DNA of 64,000 bases, from assembly GCA_943788915.1 (NCBI GenBank), contig CALSSD010000013.1:62001-126000 (forward strand), in the 5' to 3' direction. A model generated the notes under the pieces. The model saw nothing but the letters and a program-made list of their open reading frames with translations. It had not been told where the DNA came from and ran no database searches. Below, piece after piece: positions 1 to 10,101 of the stretch (positions are counted from its first letter, which is position 1; each line of letters opens with the position of its first letter). Both the position numbers and the translations under genes were made by a program. This stretch comes from an uncultured Acidimicrobiales bacterium. GTDB taxonomy: Bacteria; Actinomycetota; Acidimicrobiia; Acidimicrobiales; UBA10347.

Positions 1-1
1 C

Positions 2-514
2 GAGGCACCCACGCTTGCCGCGGCTTGTGGCGGCGTCGATGTCGTCGATCTCGTCGATGTTGCGGTCGTCACGGCTGCGGATATTCGCGACGCTCGTGAT
101 CAGCTTTCCACCCACTCGGACCAGCCACTCGCCACCGTCAGCCTGGGCACGCCCCACTACTCGCTTGCCGAGATCGAACGGCTGCACCAAGAACTCGGCG
201 ACAAGACGATTGCCCCGTCGGTCGCGTTCTACGTGTCGACAGCGCGGGCAGTACTGCACGAAGCGATGCTTCGAGGCTGGATAACACCGCTGCGGAACGC
301 AGGGGTGACCTTCGTCACCGACACCTGCACCTACATAACTCCGATCGTGAAGGACACCACCGGGCTCGCGATGACAGACTCGGCGAAGTGGGCGTATTAC
401 GCACCGGGCAATATCGGCGTCGACGCCGTATTCGGTGCTCTCACTGAGTGCGTCCAATCTGCAGTTGCTGGTCGAGTCGTTCGTGACGAAGGGCTGTGGG
501 GCGATGGTGTCTGA
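2..514 (+). CDS. Aconitase X catalytic (large) subunit, 5'-truncated by window edge
   Basis: Open frame from nt 2 (EAPTLAAA...VSLGTPHYSL...TDTCTY...MTDSAKWAYYAPGN) matches the AcnX/DUF521 C-terminus; adjacent to swivel subunit. Confidence 0.85.
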   Translation, partial: EAPTLAAACGGVDVVDLVDVAVVTAADIRDARDQLSTHSDQPLATVSLGTPHYSLAEIERLHQELGDKTIAPSVAFYVSTARAVLHEAMLRGWITPLRNAGVTFVTDTCTYITPIVKDTTGLAMTDSAKWAYYAPGNIGVDAVFGALTECVQSAVAGRVVRDEGLWGDGV

Positions 515-923
515 GGTGGCACACTGTCGGCTACTGGTCGAGGGCCAGGCAACTGGTGTGGCATGCGTGCTCACCGAGCCGTTGAGCCTGTGGGGCGGAT
601 TCGATCCCGAATCCGGTCTGATTACCGACGTCCATCATCCTGAACATGGGCGCTCGATCACCGGCACGATCGTTGTTATGCGTTCGGGTCGTGGTTCCAG
701 CTCAGCATCGAGTGTGCTGGCCGAGGCGCTGCGGCTTGGTTCGGCCCCTGCCGCATTCGTGCTGGCAGAACCGGACGAGATACTGGTTCTCGGCGCCCTG
801 GTCGGCCACGAACTGTATGGCACGACGACCCCGATCGTCGTCGCACCGGCGGAAACACACAGCCAGATCATTGATGGACAACGGATCGGTATACAAGCTG
901 GCGGCGTGATCGTTCTGCGCTGA
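504..923 (+). CDS. Aconitase X swivel (small) subunit, DUF126
   Basis: LSLWGGFDPESG..D.HHP..GRS and GRGSSS motifs; overlaps the large-subunit end. Confidence 0.85.
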   Translation: MVSEVAHCRLLVEGQATGVACVLTEPLSLWGGFDPESGLITDVHHPEHGRSITGTIVVMRSGRGSSSASSVLAEALRLGSAPAAFVLAEPDEILVLGALVGHELYGTTTPIVVAPAETHSQIIDGQRIGIQAGGVIVLR

Positions 924-967
924 CTGCATGAACCACATCTCAAGCCCGTCCGAGCGAATACAGTCAG

Positions 968-2266
968 ATGGTGCGACCTGATCTGTACCGACTCGAAACC
1001 CTGAGCCTCCATGCTGGCCAGACAGCCGATCCAACAACCGGGGCTCGAGCCGTCCCGATCTATCAAACGACCTCATACAACTTCGAGTCCGTCGACCAGG
1101 CTGCGGCACTGTTCAATCTCGAAGAACCTGGCCACATCTACAGCCGGATCTCGAACCCAACGGTCGCAGTGCTCGAGGAACGACTTGCCGCCTTAGAGAA
1201 CGGCGCAGCAGCCGTCTGCACAGCGAGTGGTCAAGCAGCGTTGTTCATGGCCATCACCACGTTGATGGACACCGGCGGCCACATCGTTGCCAGCCAGAAC
1301 ATCTATGGCGGCTCGCATAACATGCTGAACGTCACGCTGCCTCGTTTCGGCATCACCACAACCTTTGTGGATCCTCGCAGTCCCGACGCTTTCGCTGCAG
1401 CTATTACTGATGACACCCAGCTCATCCTGGCCGAGATCACCGGCAACCCCGGGCTCGAGGTTCTCAATGTGCCTGTAGTCGCCGACGTAGCCCACTCGCA
1501 CGGCATCCCGCTGATGGTCGATAGCACGTTCACCACGCCCTACCTGATCAACCCGGTCGAACATGGGGCCGACATCATCATGCATTCGGTGACCAAGTTC
1601 CTGGGCGGGCACGGCATCGCCATTGGTGGCGCACTGATCGACGGCGGCCGGCTGGACTGGACGACCACCGACCGCTTCCCCACGCTCACCGAACCCTACG
1701 TCGGCTATCACGGCCTATCTTTTGCCGACGAGTTCGGCCCAACCGCCTTCGCCGCTCGAGCCCGTGCCGAGGGGCTTCGAGACTTCGGTGCATGCATGAG
1801 TCCCACCACTGCGTTTCATCTCCTTCAGGGCGTGGAGACGTTACCGCTGCGTATGCAGCGCCATGTAGAGAACACCCACAAGGTGATCGAAGCGTTGCTG
1901 GACAACGATGCCGTTACCTGGGTCAAACATCCCAGCGTGCCCGACCACCCTGACCATGATCTGGCCAAAGAACTCCTGCCGCGGGGCGCAGGGGCCATTC
2001 TGAGCTTCGGTATCAAGGGCGGCCGCGAGGCGGGTCGTGCGTTCATCGAGTCGGTGCAGCTGGCATCTCACCTCGCGAACATCGGCGATGCAAAGACGCT
2101 TGTAATCCACCCCGGCAGCACGACCCATGGCCAGATGAGTGCCGCTGACCTAGATCAGGCAGGGATCGGTGAGGAACTCGTTCGTCTGTCGGTCGGACTC
2201 GAACATGTTGATGACATCATCGAGGACCTCTCACAGGCACTCCGTCGTTCACAGAAGGCACGCTGA
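968..2266 (+). CDS. metY: O-acetylhomoserine aminocarboxypropyltransferase (sulfhydrylase)
   Basis: PIYQTTSY, YSRISNPT, HSVTKF PLP-lysine, ANIGDAKTLVIHP; true start may be GTG 971 (6 nt after TACAGT). Confidence 0.92.
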   Translation: MVRPDLYRLETLSLHAGQTADPTTGARAVPIYQTTSYNFESVDQAAALFNLEEPGHIYSRISNPTVAVLEERLAALENGAAAVCTASGQAALFMAITTLMDTGGHIVASQNIYGGSHNMLNVTLPRFGITTTFVDPRSPDAFAAAITDDTQLILAEITGNPGLEVLNVPVVADVAHSHGIPLMVDSTFTTPYLINPVEHGADIIMHSVTKFLGGHGIAIGGALIDGGRLDWTTTDRFPTLTEPYVGYHGLSFADEFGPTAFAARARAEGLRDFGACMSPTTAFHLLQGVETLPLRMQRHVENTHKVIEALLDNDAVTWVKHPSVPDHPDHDLAKELLPRGAGAILSFGIKGGREAGRAFIESVQLASHLANIGDAKTLVIHPGSTTHGQMSAADLDQAGIGEELVRLSVGLEHVDDIIEDLSQALRRSQKAR

Positions 2267-3073
2267 TGACCATTCTCACGCTACGCGAAGATGTAACCGT
2301 TTCGGTCGCCACTGGTGGTCGTCCGATCGACGATGGGGCGGCCAGCGACCCGGTCGTGCTCTTGCTGCACGGTGCTGGCATGGACCGCACCGCATGGTCA
2401 TTGCAGACCCGATGGTTGGCCCATCACGGGTGCCCCACGATCGCGATTGATCTGCCGGGACACGGTGCTTCGACGGAACCAGAACGCTCATCGATCACCG
2501 ACTACGCCGAATGGGCTGCAAACGTCATCACGGTGCTCGATCGTCCTGTGCATCTCGTCGGCCACTCCATGGGGTCATTCATCGCGCTGGAGTGCTCTCG
2601 ACTGGTTGAACTTGCATCGCTGACCCTCATTGGCACGGCAGCCGCCATGCCGGTGCATCCTGCATTACTCGACGCGGCCGCGGCGAACGATCCGCTGGCG
2701 GGACAGCTCATGAGCGGTTGGGCTTTCGCGCCGGCAACTCGTACCGGTCCCCATCCTGCGCCTGGTACATCCATGGTCGGCACCACCCAGGCAATGATCG
2801 CTCAGAGCCGTCCCGGTGTGTTGTCCAATGACCTGGCAATGTGTGCCGCCTATGCAGACGCAGTCGAAACGGCTTCCATGGTTACGGTGCCGGTTTCGTT
2901 CCTACTGGGCGCAGCCGACAAGATGACACCCGTGCGAGCGGCGCAGCCCCTGGTCGACGCGATCGCGCATGCTCACGTCGAGATCGTCCCTGGTGTTGGT
3001 CATATGGTTCAGGTTGAGGCACCTGCGGCTGACACGTGCAGCGATAGCTCGTTCCGTTGGTGTGCATGTCTGA
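2266..3073 (+). CDS. Alpha/beta hydrolase (frameshift near 3030)
   Basis: LLHGAGMD, DLPGHG, GHSMG nucleophile, C-terminal GH; plausible end TGA 3071-3073 in shifted frame. Confidence 0.8.
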
Positions 3074-4804
3074 AAGCACCGATCAAGGTGCCTTTGATGA
3101 TGCAGTCACCCCTTCGCCCGCCAAACCCGATGCCAAACCGCGCCGGCGAGTAGGCCTGCCGCGTCCAACCGCGAAACGTTGGGGTATGAACCCCGAAGAC
3201 CGCATGCGTGTCATGGAGGCTTGCCTCGTCATACCGGGCGCAGGTTGGGCCATCCACTTCAGCTTGATGATGGCCATGTCGGTCATCGTGGCCATTATGG
3301 GTTTGTCCGCCAACTCTCCTGCACTCGTCATTGGTGCCATGTTGATCGCGCCGCTCATGACGCCGGTACTCGGCATCGCTGCATCGATTGCGATGGCGCT
3401 CGGCGACGCTACGGCGCGTGCCGTTGGCACTGTCGTCGCCGCCACCGCTGGCGCTATTGCGGTCAGCTACCTCATCGCAGGCTGGCTACCTGGTGACCTG
3501 CTTACGAACGAGGTTCTCGCCCGAACCGCACCTGACGCCCGAGATCTCGTCGTCGCACTCGCGGCTGGCTTGGCAGGTTCGTACGCCACTGCTCGCCCCG
3601 ATGTTTCGAGTTCATTGCCAGGTGTTGCCATCGCTGTTGCACTGGTTCCACCGCTTGCCGTGGTGGGCTGTAACTATGCGCGCTGGCGAAGGCGACCTCG
3701 CTCTGGGTGCGCTTCTGCTTTACGCCACGAACCTTGCGGCGATCGTGACTGTCAGCACCATCGTTTTCATCGCCGCCGGGTTTGTTCCTGGCCGTCGTTT
3801 GCTCAGCATGGCTCCGCGTGTCATTGCCGGTGGTGTGGCAGCACTGGTAGTGGTGGCGATCTTGGGTGTGCTCCTCGGCACCCGTAGCTACGACAGTGCC
3901 CAGCGCTCCACTCAAGTCACTGACATCCGTGCGGCGACAGAGACGTGGCTCGAAGGCACATTCAACGAGTCTTTGGTGTCTGTCGATGGCACCACCGTGC
4001 GCGTCACCGTGACTGGTCCGGGCCAGATCCCTCCTTCCTCCGATCTCAGGGCGGAGATCGCAGGAATCTTGGGACAGGAGCCGGACTTGCAGGTCACATG
4101 GATTCAGGGCGAAACAACTGACTCGATTATCGCCAAGGAGGAACGCTCAGCCGAGGAACAGGTACGGGCCGACAAGATCGAGTTGGTCGTGGACCAATGG
4201 CTCATCAGTAATGGCAACGATCCATCGGTTTTCGACATGTCTCCCCTCGACATCGGCGCCGAGTCGGTGATTGTTGCGATCTCGTCCACGATTCAGCCCC
4301 CTGAGCAACTCGACCTTGAAAGTAGGTTGTTGCAGGAACTCGGGGAACCTGTTCAGGTCAGTCTGAGTTGGGAAAACCTCTCTGCAGGCGAGGCCCAACG
4401 GGTAATCGACGAAGCCGTCGGAGCGGCCCGATCCATCGTGCAGGACTTTGCTGTTGAACGGGGCCTGTCGGTTGATGGCGTCGCGTACGACGGCCGTACC
4501 CTCGTCGCTGACCTCCGGGGGGCCATTCCGCCCGACGGCACGGACCTCGAGGTTGCGCTCCGGGAGAGCGCTGGGGCCCGACGCATTCATCAATGTGTAC
4601 TTCATCGAGCGGGTTCCGGTGATTCCTGCTCCGACACCGACTCCAACGCCCACTCCAACGCCTACTCCAACGCCTACTCCCACTCCGACGCCGACTCCTG
4701 AGCCCACCCCCACCCCGACCCCTGACCCAGACGCAACGCCTGGTCCGACGGCAACGCCTGACCCAGACGCAACGCCTGGTCCGACCGCAACTGCAGAGCC
4801 ATAG
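3066..4804 (+). CDS. DUF389 membrane protein with long C-terminal extension and Pro/Thr tail (frameshifts ~3670, ~4575)
   Basis: [34 protein letters not shown] motifs; joins three overlapping ORFs. Confidence 0.75.
4625..4800 (+). repeat. Pro-Thr low-complexity repeat plus 36-nt tandem duplication ([12 protein letters not shown] x2)
   Basis: CCNACN repeats; cctgacccagacgcaacgcctggtccgac occurs twice. Confidence 0.9.
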
Positions 4805-4865
4805 GCCCCGGCTGTTGACGTAGTTTGACTGTCTGTCGACCGGGAACCGCGACAGTTTGGCGCGC

Positions 4866-6083
4866 TTATACGGACCAAGCGTCGTCCAGCTCGTCAAACA
4901 TGCGCAAGAACACTCCAGACCGGACCTTTGGCGTGAAGTACGTGGATTTGGCGGGCATGATCACGTCGCCCTCAGCGACCGCCATCATGTCTTCGATGGC
5001 CACTGGTGGCACGAAGATCGGAATCTGGTCGTGTGCAATAGCCTCAGCCTCGATGATGGCAAACGGTTCAATATCTGGGGTATACGCAGTCTGGTAGGAA
5101 CCAAAACGACCGACAATGCTCTCGAGGACCTCGCGTTCGAGCACCACCGGGTCCAACGAACCCAGCAGAATCGATGCCCCACCTTCGACGGGACGTTCAT
5201 CGAAATGAACGAGGTGGCGTTCGCCCCCCAACACTATGGCCACCTGACCAGGAGCGACGGTTGCCACGTCGGACACTGTTTCGACGCGGAACCGACGTTG
5301 GATAGCCAGGAGAATGTCGGCCTGGTCCACGTCGTCGTCCAACGTGAGTAGTCGATGGAAGCCAACCAGATGCAGAGACTGCTCAGGAAAGACCGTGGTC
5401 AGCACCGGTAGCGACACGCCTTGTGAATCGAGTCGCTGATTGGCTGCTGAACGATGATGCCCGTCAATGATGAAAAGTGGCTCGCCCCTAAGCCGATCCA
5501 TGATGCGGTGTTCGGCCTCGACGTCGTTAATGCGCCACACCGTTTGCTGCAATCCGTCGTCGCCGGTTATGTCCAGGACCGGTTCGGTGTGGGTGACAGC
5601 ATGGAGTTCGCGTTCCAGGCTGCCGTCGTCGCGCACCGCGCAGGCAATAGGGCTCGACGCAGCTTTGACGGTCAGAAAGTGCGTCGCCAACAGGTCGGCG
5701 CGTTCAGCCCGGGTCGATTCATGCGGCTTTGCCACGGACCGGTAGTAGTCACTTGGCACTTCGCAGACGAGCCCGCACTGCGCATGTGCGCCATCGACGA
5801 GGCGATACGCGTAGAACGCCGGCGCGCCGTGTGAAACAAAGAGCTCGCGTTCGAGCAAGCGCTCAAGAGCAGCCCGACCGCGAGCGACAAGGGTGGCGTT
5901 GTCGATCGTTGCGGCGTCGGGTTCGTCCTCGGCCGACCTGGTGACGTGAAGATAGGACAATGGGTGATCGGCGCGGAATTGTTGACGCTGGGTAACGCTG
6001 AGAGCGTCATAGGCAGGTGACACCACGTCATGGGCACTGTCCTGGCGAACGACCTGGCCGCGAAAGGGTTGAAGACCCGTCAT
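4866..6083 (-). CDS. DUF1015 family protein
   Basis: SPAYD, PHEST, IIDGHHR, MPAKSTYF.PK.RSG motifs. Confidence 0.88.
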   Translation of the reverse strand: MTGLQPFRGQVVRQDSAHDVVSPAYDALSVTQRQQFRADHPLSYLHVTRSAEDEPDAATIDNATLVARGRAALERLLERELFVSHGAPAFYAYRLVDGAHAQCGLVCEVPSDYYRSVAKPHESTRAERADLLATHFLTVKAASSPIACAVRDDGSLERELHAVTHTEPVLDITGDDGLQQTVWRINDVEAEHRIMDRLRGEPLFIIDGHHRSAANQRLDSQGVSLPVLTTVFPEQSLHLVGFHRLLTLDDDVDQADILLAIQRRFRVETVSDVATVAPGQVAIVLGGERHLVHFDERPVEGGASILLGSLDPVVLEREVLESIVGRFGSYQTAYTPDIEPFAIIEAEAIAHDQIPIFVPPVAIEDMMAVAEGDVIMPAKSTYFTPKVRSGVFLRMFDELDDAWSV

Positions 6084-6287
6084 CGGGGAACCTGCACGTG
6101 ACTACCTCGCTGTATTGGCGCCATTGTGCAGAATCGAGCACGAACAGCATTCCCGTCTCGGGGTGCGTCAGTATGCCGCGACGAAACCTGTCGGCGTTGG
6201 GGGCCGTGAATGGGTTGCGTCGAGACGGGCATCGAGCTCCGCACGCCGCGGCGCGACGGACCGACTCCAGGGCTGCAGCGGAAGCGA

Positions 6288-6686
6288 CTAGTTCACGATC
6301 AGAGTTTCATCAGCGTCGAGAGGCCACCAGATGAGTTCTAGGGCGACCCAAAGCAGCCGTGACCTGGCGTAGAAGAAGAGTGGCAGCAGGACAGAGACCG
6401 CCAACGCTGGTAACAGAATCCGAGTGACCGAGGCCTCTCCCCCAGTTGCGATGAATCCAACAATGATGACCGAGAAGAGCACAACGAAGGCCAAGATCGT
6501 GTTCAACCCGATCCCACCGATGAACGAACCGACCTGACGCTCCAAGTCGAGGTCGCAGGTAGGACACCGGTCATATACCTGAGCGGGATGACGGCTGATT
6601 TCCCTCGAGCCACACACTGGGCACCGCCTTCGCAACGCTCGAAGAATGGAGGGAGCTCGTCCGGGTTGGATCGCTCCGATGGTCAC
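6288..6686 (-). CDS. DUF983 family membrane protein
   Basis: RRCPVCG...DRCPTCDLDLER then two TM helices; GTG start 7 nt after TACCGT. Confidence 0.75.
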   Translation of the reverse strand: MTIGAIQPGRAPSILRALRRRCPVCGSREISRHPAQVYDRCPTCDLDLERQVGSFIGGIGLNTILAFVVLFSVIIVGFIATGGEASVTRILLPALAVSVLLPLFFYARSRLLWVALELIWWPLDADETLIVN

Positions 6687-6712
6687 GTGTTCGACGGTAC
6701 TCGACCGGACCC

Positions 6713-6731
6713 CGAACAAGTGTTCTATACT
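6713..6731 (+). promoter_or_regulatory. LexA (SOS) box abutting the -10 element
   Basis: CGAAC-AAGT-GTTCT (6713-6726) overlapping TATACT (6726-6731), upstream of AlkB-like gene. Confidence 0.7.
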
Positions 6732-6738
6732 GCAGGTT

Positions 6739-7407
6739 GTGGTTCTGACCGACGTCGACGCACCGGTGTGCACCAACCTGCAGGCGGCCTTGCAGTCATC
6801 ATTGTTTGGATCGGCGGAGTTGCGTTGTGGGCCAATAGGTCCTCCGACGGACCGACTCGACAGCTCGTCATCGATCACGTTTGCACCCGGATGGCTCGAT
6901 GGCAGCGACGTGGTCTTCGATCGCCTACGCGACGACTTGCCATGGCGGGCAATGGAGCGCCCCATGTACGACCGCATCGTGCCGGTGCCCCGTTTGATAT
7001 GCACCGTCGACATTGGTTCGCTCGGCGGCACGCACCCCTTGCGGACAATCACCCACGCGCTCGAAAAAGGCCTCCATGCTCGTTTTTCGTCAGTCGGGGT
7101 GAATTATTATCGGACCGGCCAAGACTCTGTCGCGTGGCATCGAGACAGCATTTACAAGACTCAACGGCCATCGACGGTAGCCCTGGTGTCGTTGGGTAGC
7201 CCCCGCACCTTGGCAGTGCGCGCCCATGCCCAGTACTGCTCAAAAACCGCAGAAACAACAGGAATAACACCAGTAACACGACGTCGTTGGCGATTGGGGC
7301 ACGGCGACCTGCTGGTCATGCAAGGACGATGCCAGCGTGACTGGGAACATTGTGTACCGAAAGAGCGAGCCGTCGGCCCGCGGATCAGCCTCGCGTTTCG
7401 TAGCTAA
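6739..7407 (+). CDS. AlkB-family 2OG-Fe(II) dioxygenase
   Basis: MYDR.V.VPRL, NYYR.GQDSVAWHRD, HCVPK, RISLAFR. Confidence 0.88.
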   Translation: MVLTDVDAPVCTNLQAALQSSLFGSAELRCGPIGPPTDRLDSSSSITFAPGWLDGSDVVFDRLRDDLPWRAMERPMYDRIVPVPRLICTVDIGSLGGTHPLRTITHALEKGLHARFSSVGVNYYRTGQDSVAWHRDSIYKTQRPSTVALVSLGSPRTLAVRAHAQYCSKTAETTGITPVTRRRWRLGHGDLLVMQGRCQRDWEHCVPKERAVGPRISLAFRS

Positions 7408-7508
7408 GAACGAGCCGAGGGTCCACGTACTGCGCCTGCAGGGGTGCCACCATTGAGGGCTAGTCACAAATTAGAGTGACGATCGCGGGCGGTATCCGGA
7501 GGTCTGCA

Positions 7509-8570
7509 GTGAGAAAATTCAGAGTTACGTTCTTCTTCTTAACAGTCGCGTTGGCGTTAAGTGGATGCGGGATATTGGGAGGAAGCGACGGCACCGATGT
7601 GACCGTCGCTGAAGATGTCGCGGCACAACCAACGGTCAACAATGTCCAGTCTGTGCCCGCCCAAGGTTCCGGATCCACGACCGACGGCGGCGAAGCGGGT
7701 TCAGCTGATGGGGCACTTCCCACGGCGGTGACCCTGCCCACAGCAGCACCCACGCCTGAACCAACCGTGGATCGCAGCCAACCAACCACCTACATTGTGC
7801 AGAGCGGTGATGTCTTGGGACTCATCGCTGAACGCTTCGATGCTGACATTGCGGAATTGCGCCGGGTGAACGGTCTCGATGGCAACCTCATCCGAGTTGG
7901 CCAAGAACTCACCATCCCCGCCCTCGATGCAGCCACTGCAGCAACGTCAGTGCCTTCATCGACGACTGCGCCATCGGGCCCGGTTACGTGCAGCTCTGCC
8001 GCAACCGGTCACTGCGTCCAGCCGGGCGAAAGCCTGCTCGGTATCGCTCTGAAATACGACGTAACGGTCGAGGCGCTGCGAGCAGCGAACCCTGGCGTAT
8101 CGGGGGATCTCATCAAATCGGGAGAGGTCCTGAATCTTCCAAGCGGCAGCACTAGCCCGACACCTGCCGCAACTTCGGCGCCGTCGAGTCCCGATGGCAC
8201 CCCGGTTCCAACGGTCACCGTCGGCCCACTGAACGATGCTGACTGTAAGGCTGCGAACCCTCAGTTTCCGTACTTCCACGCAGCCGACGGTCTGTGTTAC
8301 GCCAACCCAATCAGTGCGACCGCTCGTACCGACCGCAGTCGGAACGGCGCCAACGACACGTGTCAGCCTGGTTTCTTCCTATGGGAAGACGGCCTGTGTT
8401 ACCCAATTCCTGGTGTGACCGTCACGCCGACTGCGGGACCATCACCAGAATCAACCCAGGTATATCCTTACTATGGTTCTCCGCCTTGCCGCACCGGCTA
8501 CGTGGTGCTGAGTACTGGCCTATGCTGGCCCGATACCGAAACTACGCCCGAGGTGCTGCCAACCCCCTAG
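7509..8570 (+). CDS. Lipoprotein with two LysM domains and C-terminal Cys-pair repeats
   Basis: Signal peptide with lipobox LSGC; YIVQSGDVL...IRVGQELTIP and HCVQPGESL...LNLP LysM domains. Confidence 0.85.
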   Translation: MRKFRVTFFFLTVALALSGCGILGGSDGTDVTVAEDVAAQPTVNNVQSVPAQGSGSTTDGGEAGSADGALPTAVTLPTAAPTPEPTVDRSQPTTYIVQSGDVLGLIAERFDADIAELRRVNGLDGNLIRVGQELTIPALDAATAATSVPSSTTAPSGPVTCSSAATGHCVQPGESLLGIALKYDVTVEALRAANPGVSGDLIKSGEVLNLPSGSTSPTPAATSAPSSPDGTPVPTVTVGPLNDADCKAANPQFPYFHAADGLCYANPISATARTDRSRNGANDTCQPGFFLWEDGLCYPIPGVTVTPTAGPSPESTQVYPYYGSPPCRTGYVVLSTGLCWPDTETTPEVLPTP

Positions 8571-8836
8571 GAAATGGTCGTCCCAGTTGCGTGTGACGAA
8601 CCCAAAATGTCATAAGCGGGAGCAGTTGCTTCCTGGCGTTGGTCGGTGAAGCAAAGGCATAATCCGCCTACCTTGTCGCACACACATGTCCCCCGGGCCC
8701 GCGTTCGTAGCGAACAGACCGTGGATACTTGCAGGGGGTCGAGCCATGGTGCTCGGCCCTCTGACGTTTTGCGTCGCTGAGAGAGATGGCCCCTTTGAGT
8801 CACGTTCAGGGGTAGCGGCTGTGCTTGTATAGGGCC

Positions 8837-9856
8837 GTGTCCGCACGGCTGGCTTCCGCCACGAACCTCATTCGCGTTCCTCGCCGTCAGCGGGCGCCGC
8901 TGGCCGCAGTGGTGCGCCGCGTTGGTCTTGCAGTCCTGCTGGTGTTCTTCGTAGCCATGGTTGCCTGGATGAATGGCGACGGGTACGCCGATTCGGCCAC
9001 CGGCGACCAGGTCAGTTTTATGGATGCGCTCTATTACGCGTCGGTGACCGTCACCACCACGGGGTACGGCGACATCACTGCCGTCACCAGTTCCGCCCGC
9101 TTGGCCACGATCCTGCTCATTACACCCGCTCGTATCGTGTTCCTGATCCTTGTGGTCGGGACAACAGTCGAGGTACTGACCGATCAATCTCGCGAGTTTC
9201 TCGCATCACGTCGTTGGAGGCGCAAAGTGCACGATCACATACTCATTTGCGGCTACGGGGCTACCGGCCAGGCCGCTGCTGCTGAACTACTCAAGCGGGG
9301 CGAACAAGCTAGCGGTGTGGTCATAGTTGACAGCGATCGAGTCGCGATCGAGGCGGCAGAACGCGCTGGTTTTGTGACAGTCACTGGCGACGCCACCCGA
9401 AAGGCCGTGCTGCAAGAGGCCTGTGTTGATCGTGCCCGTTCGGTCGTAGTGGCACCGAACCGCGACGACACCGCAGTCCTGATCACGCTTACCGTGCGCG
9501 AGCTCAACCCAACTGCCCATATTGTTGCGGGCGGGCGCGAACAGGAGAACCTTCATTTGCTTCGACAGGGCGGCGCCAATGAAGTCATCGACGCTACCGC
9601 AGCTGTTGGACGCATGATCGGCCTGGCGACCACTACACCGGGCGCCGTCCAAGTGGTCAATGACCTGCTCGACTCAGGCACAGGCCTGGACCTACTCGAA
9701 GTCGCTCCGGTAGCTGGAGCGGGTGGTCTGCAAGCGCCCGATGGGACAACCATCGTGGCTGTTATCCGCGATGGCAAACGTGTGATCGCCCGCGACGTGG
9801 CTACTACCGAACTCCGGTCCGATGATTGGCTCATCGTTCTCAGCGAACCCCGTTAG
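8837..9856 (+). CDS. Potassium channel with TrkA-N (RCK) domain
   Basis: TVTTTGYGD selectivity filter; ICGYGATG Rossmann motif. Confidence 0.92.
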   Translation: MSARLASATNLIRVPRRQRAPLAAVVRRVGLAVLLVFFVAMVAWMNGDGYADSATGDQVSFMDALYYASVTVTTTGYGDITAVTSSARLATILLITPARIVFLILVVGTTVEVLTDQSREFLASRRWRRKVHDHILICGYGATGQAAAAELLKRGEQASGVVIVDSDRVAIEAAERAGFVTVTGDATRKAVLQEACVDRARSVVVAPNRDDTAVLITLTVRELNPTAHIVAGGREQENLHLLRQGGANEVIDATAAVGRMIGLATTTPGAVQVVNDLLDSGTGLDLLEVAPVAGAGGLQAPDGTTIVAVIRDGKRVIARDVATTELRSDDWLIVLSEPR

Positions 9857-10101
9857 CACGGTGCGAGGCACTAATCACTGACAGAGCAACCGTTGAGATC
9901 CGCCAGGTGGCACAACCTGAACCGGTGACGGCCGAAGGTGTCGTCGTCGAATGTGTCCCATCGGACTGGCCAAAGGCATGGCCACCATCGACCCACGCTT
10001 CTGACAGCGGCGAGATGAGGTGCTCGTCGATCCGCAGGCGTGACTAGCTGCTACTCCTCAGCGATCGCAGCGGTAGAACTCGCATCGGTCACTCAACGCG
10101 G

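Noticed and set aside
4625..4800. Short tandem repeats as a CRISPR array
   Set aside because: They are codon-periodic Pro-Thr repeats with no spacers and no cas genes
9857..10101. Possible small gene between the K+ channel and rhomboid genes
   Set aside because: No recognisable motif or start signal on either strand
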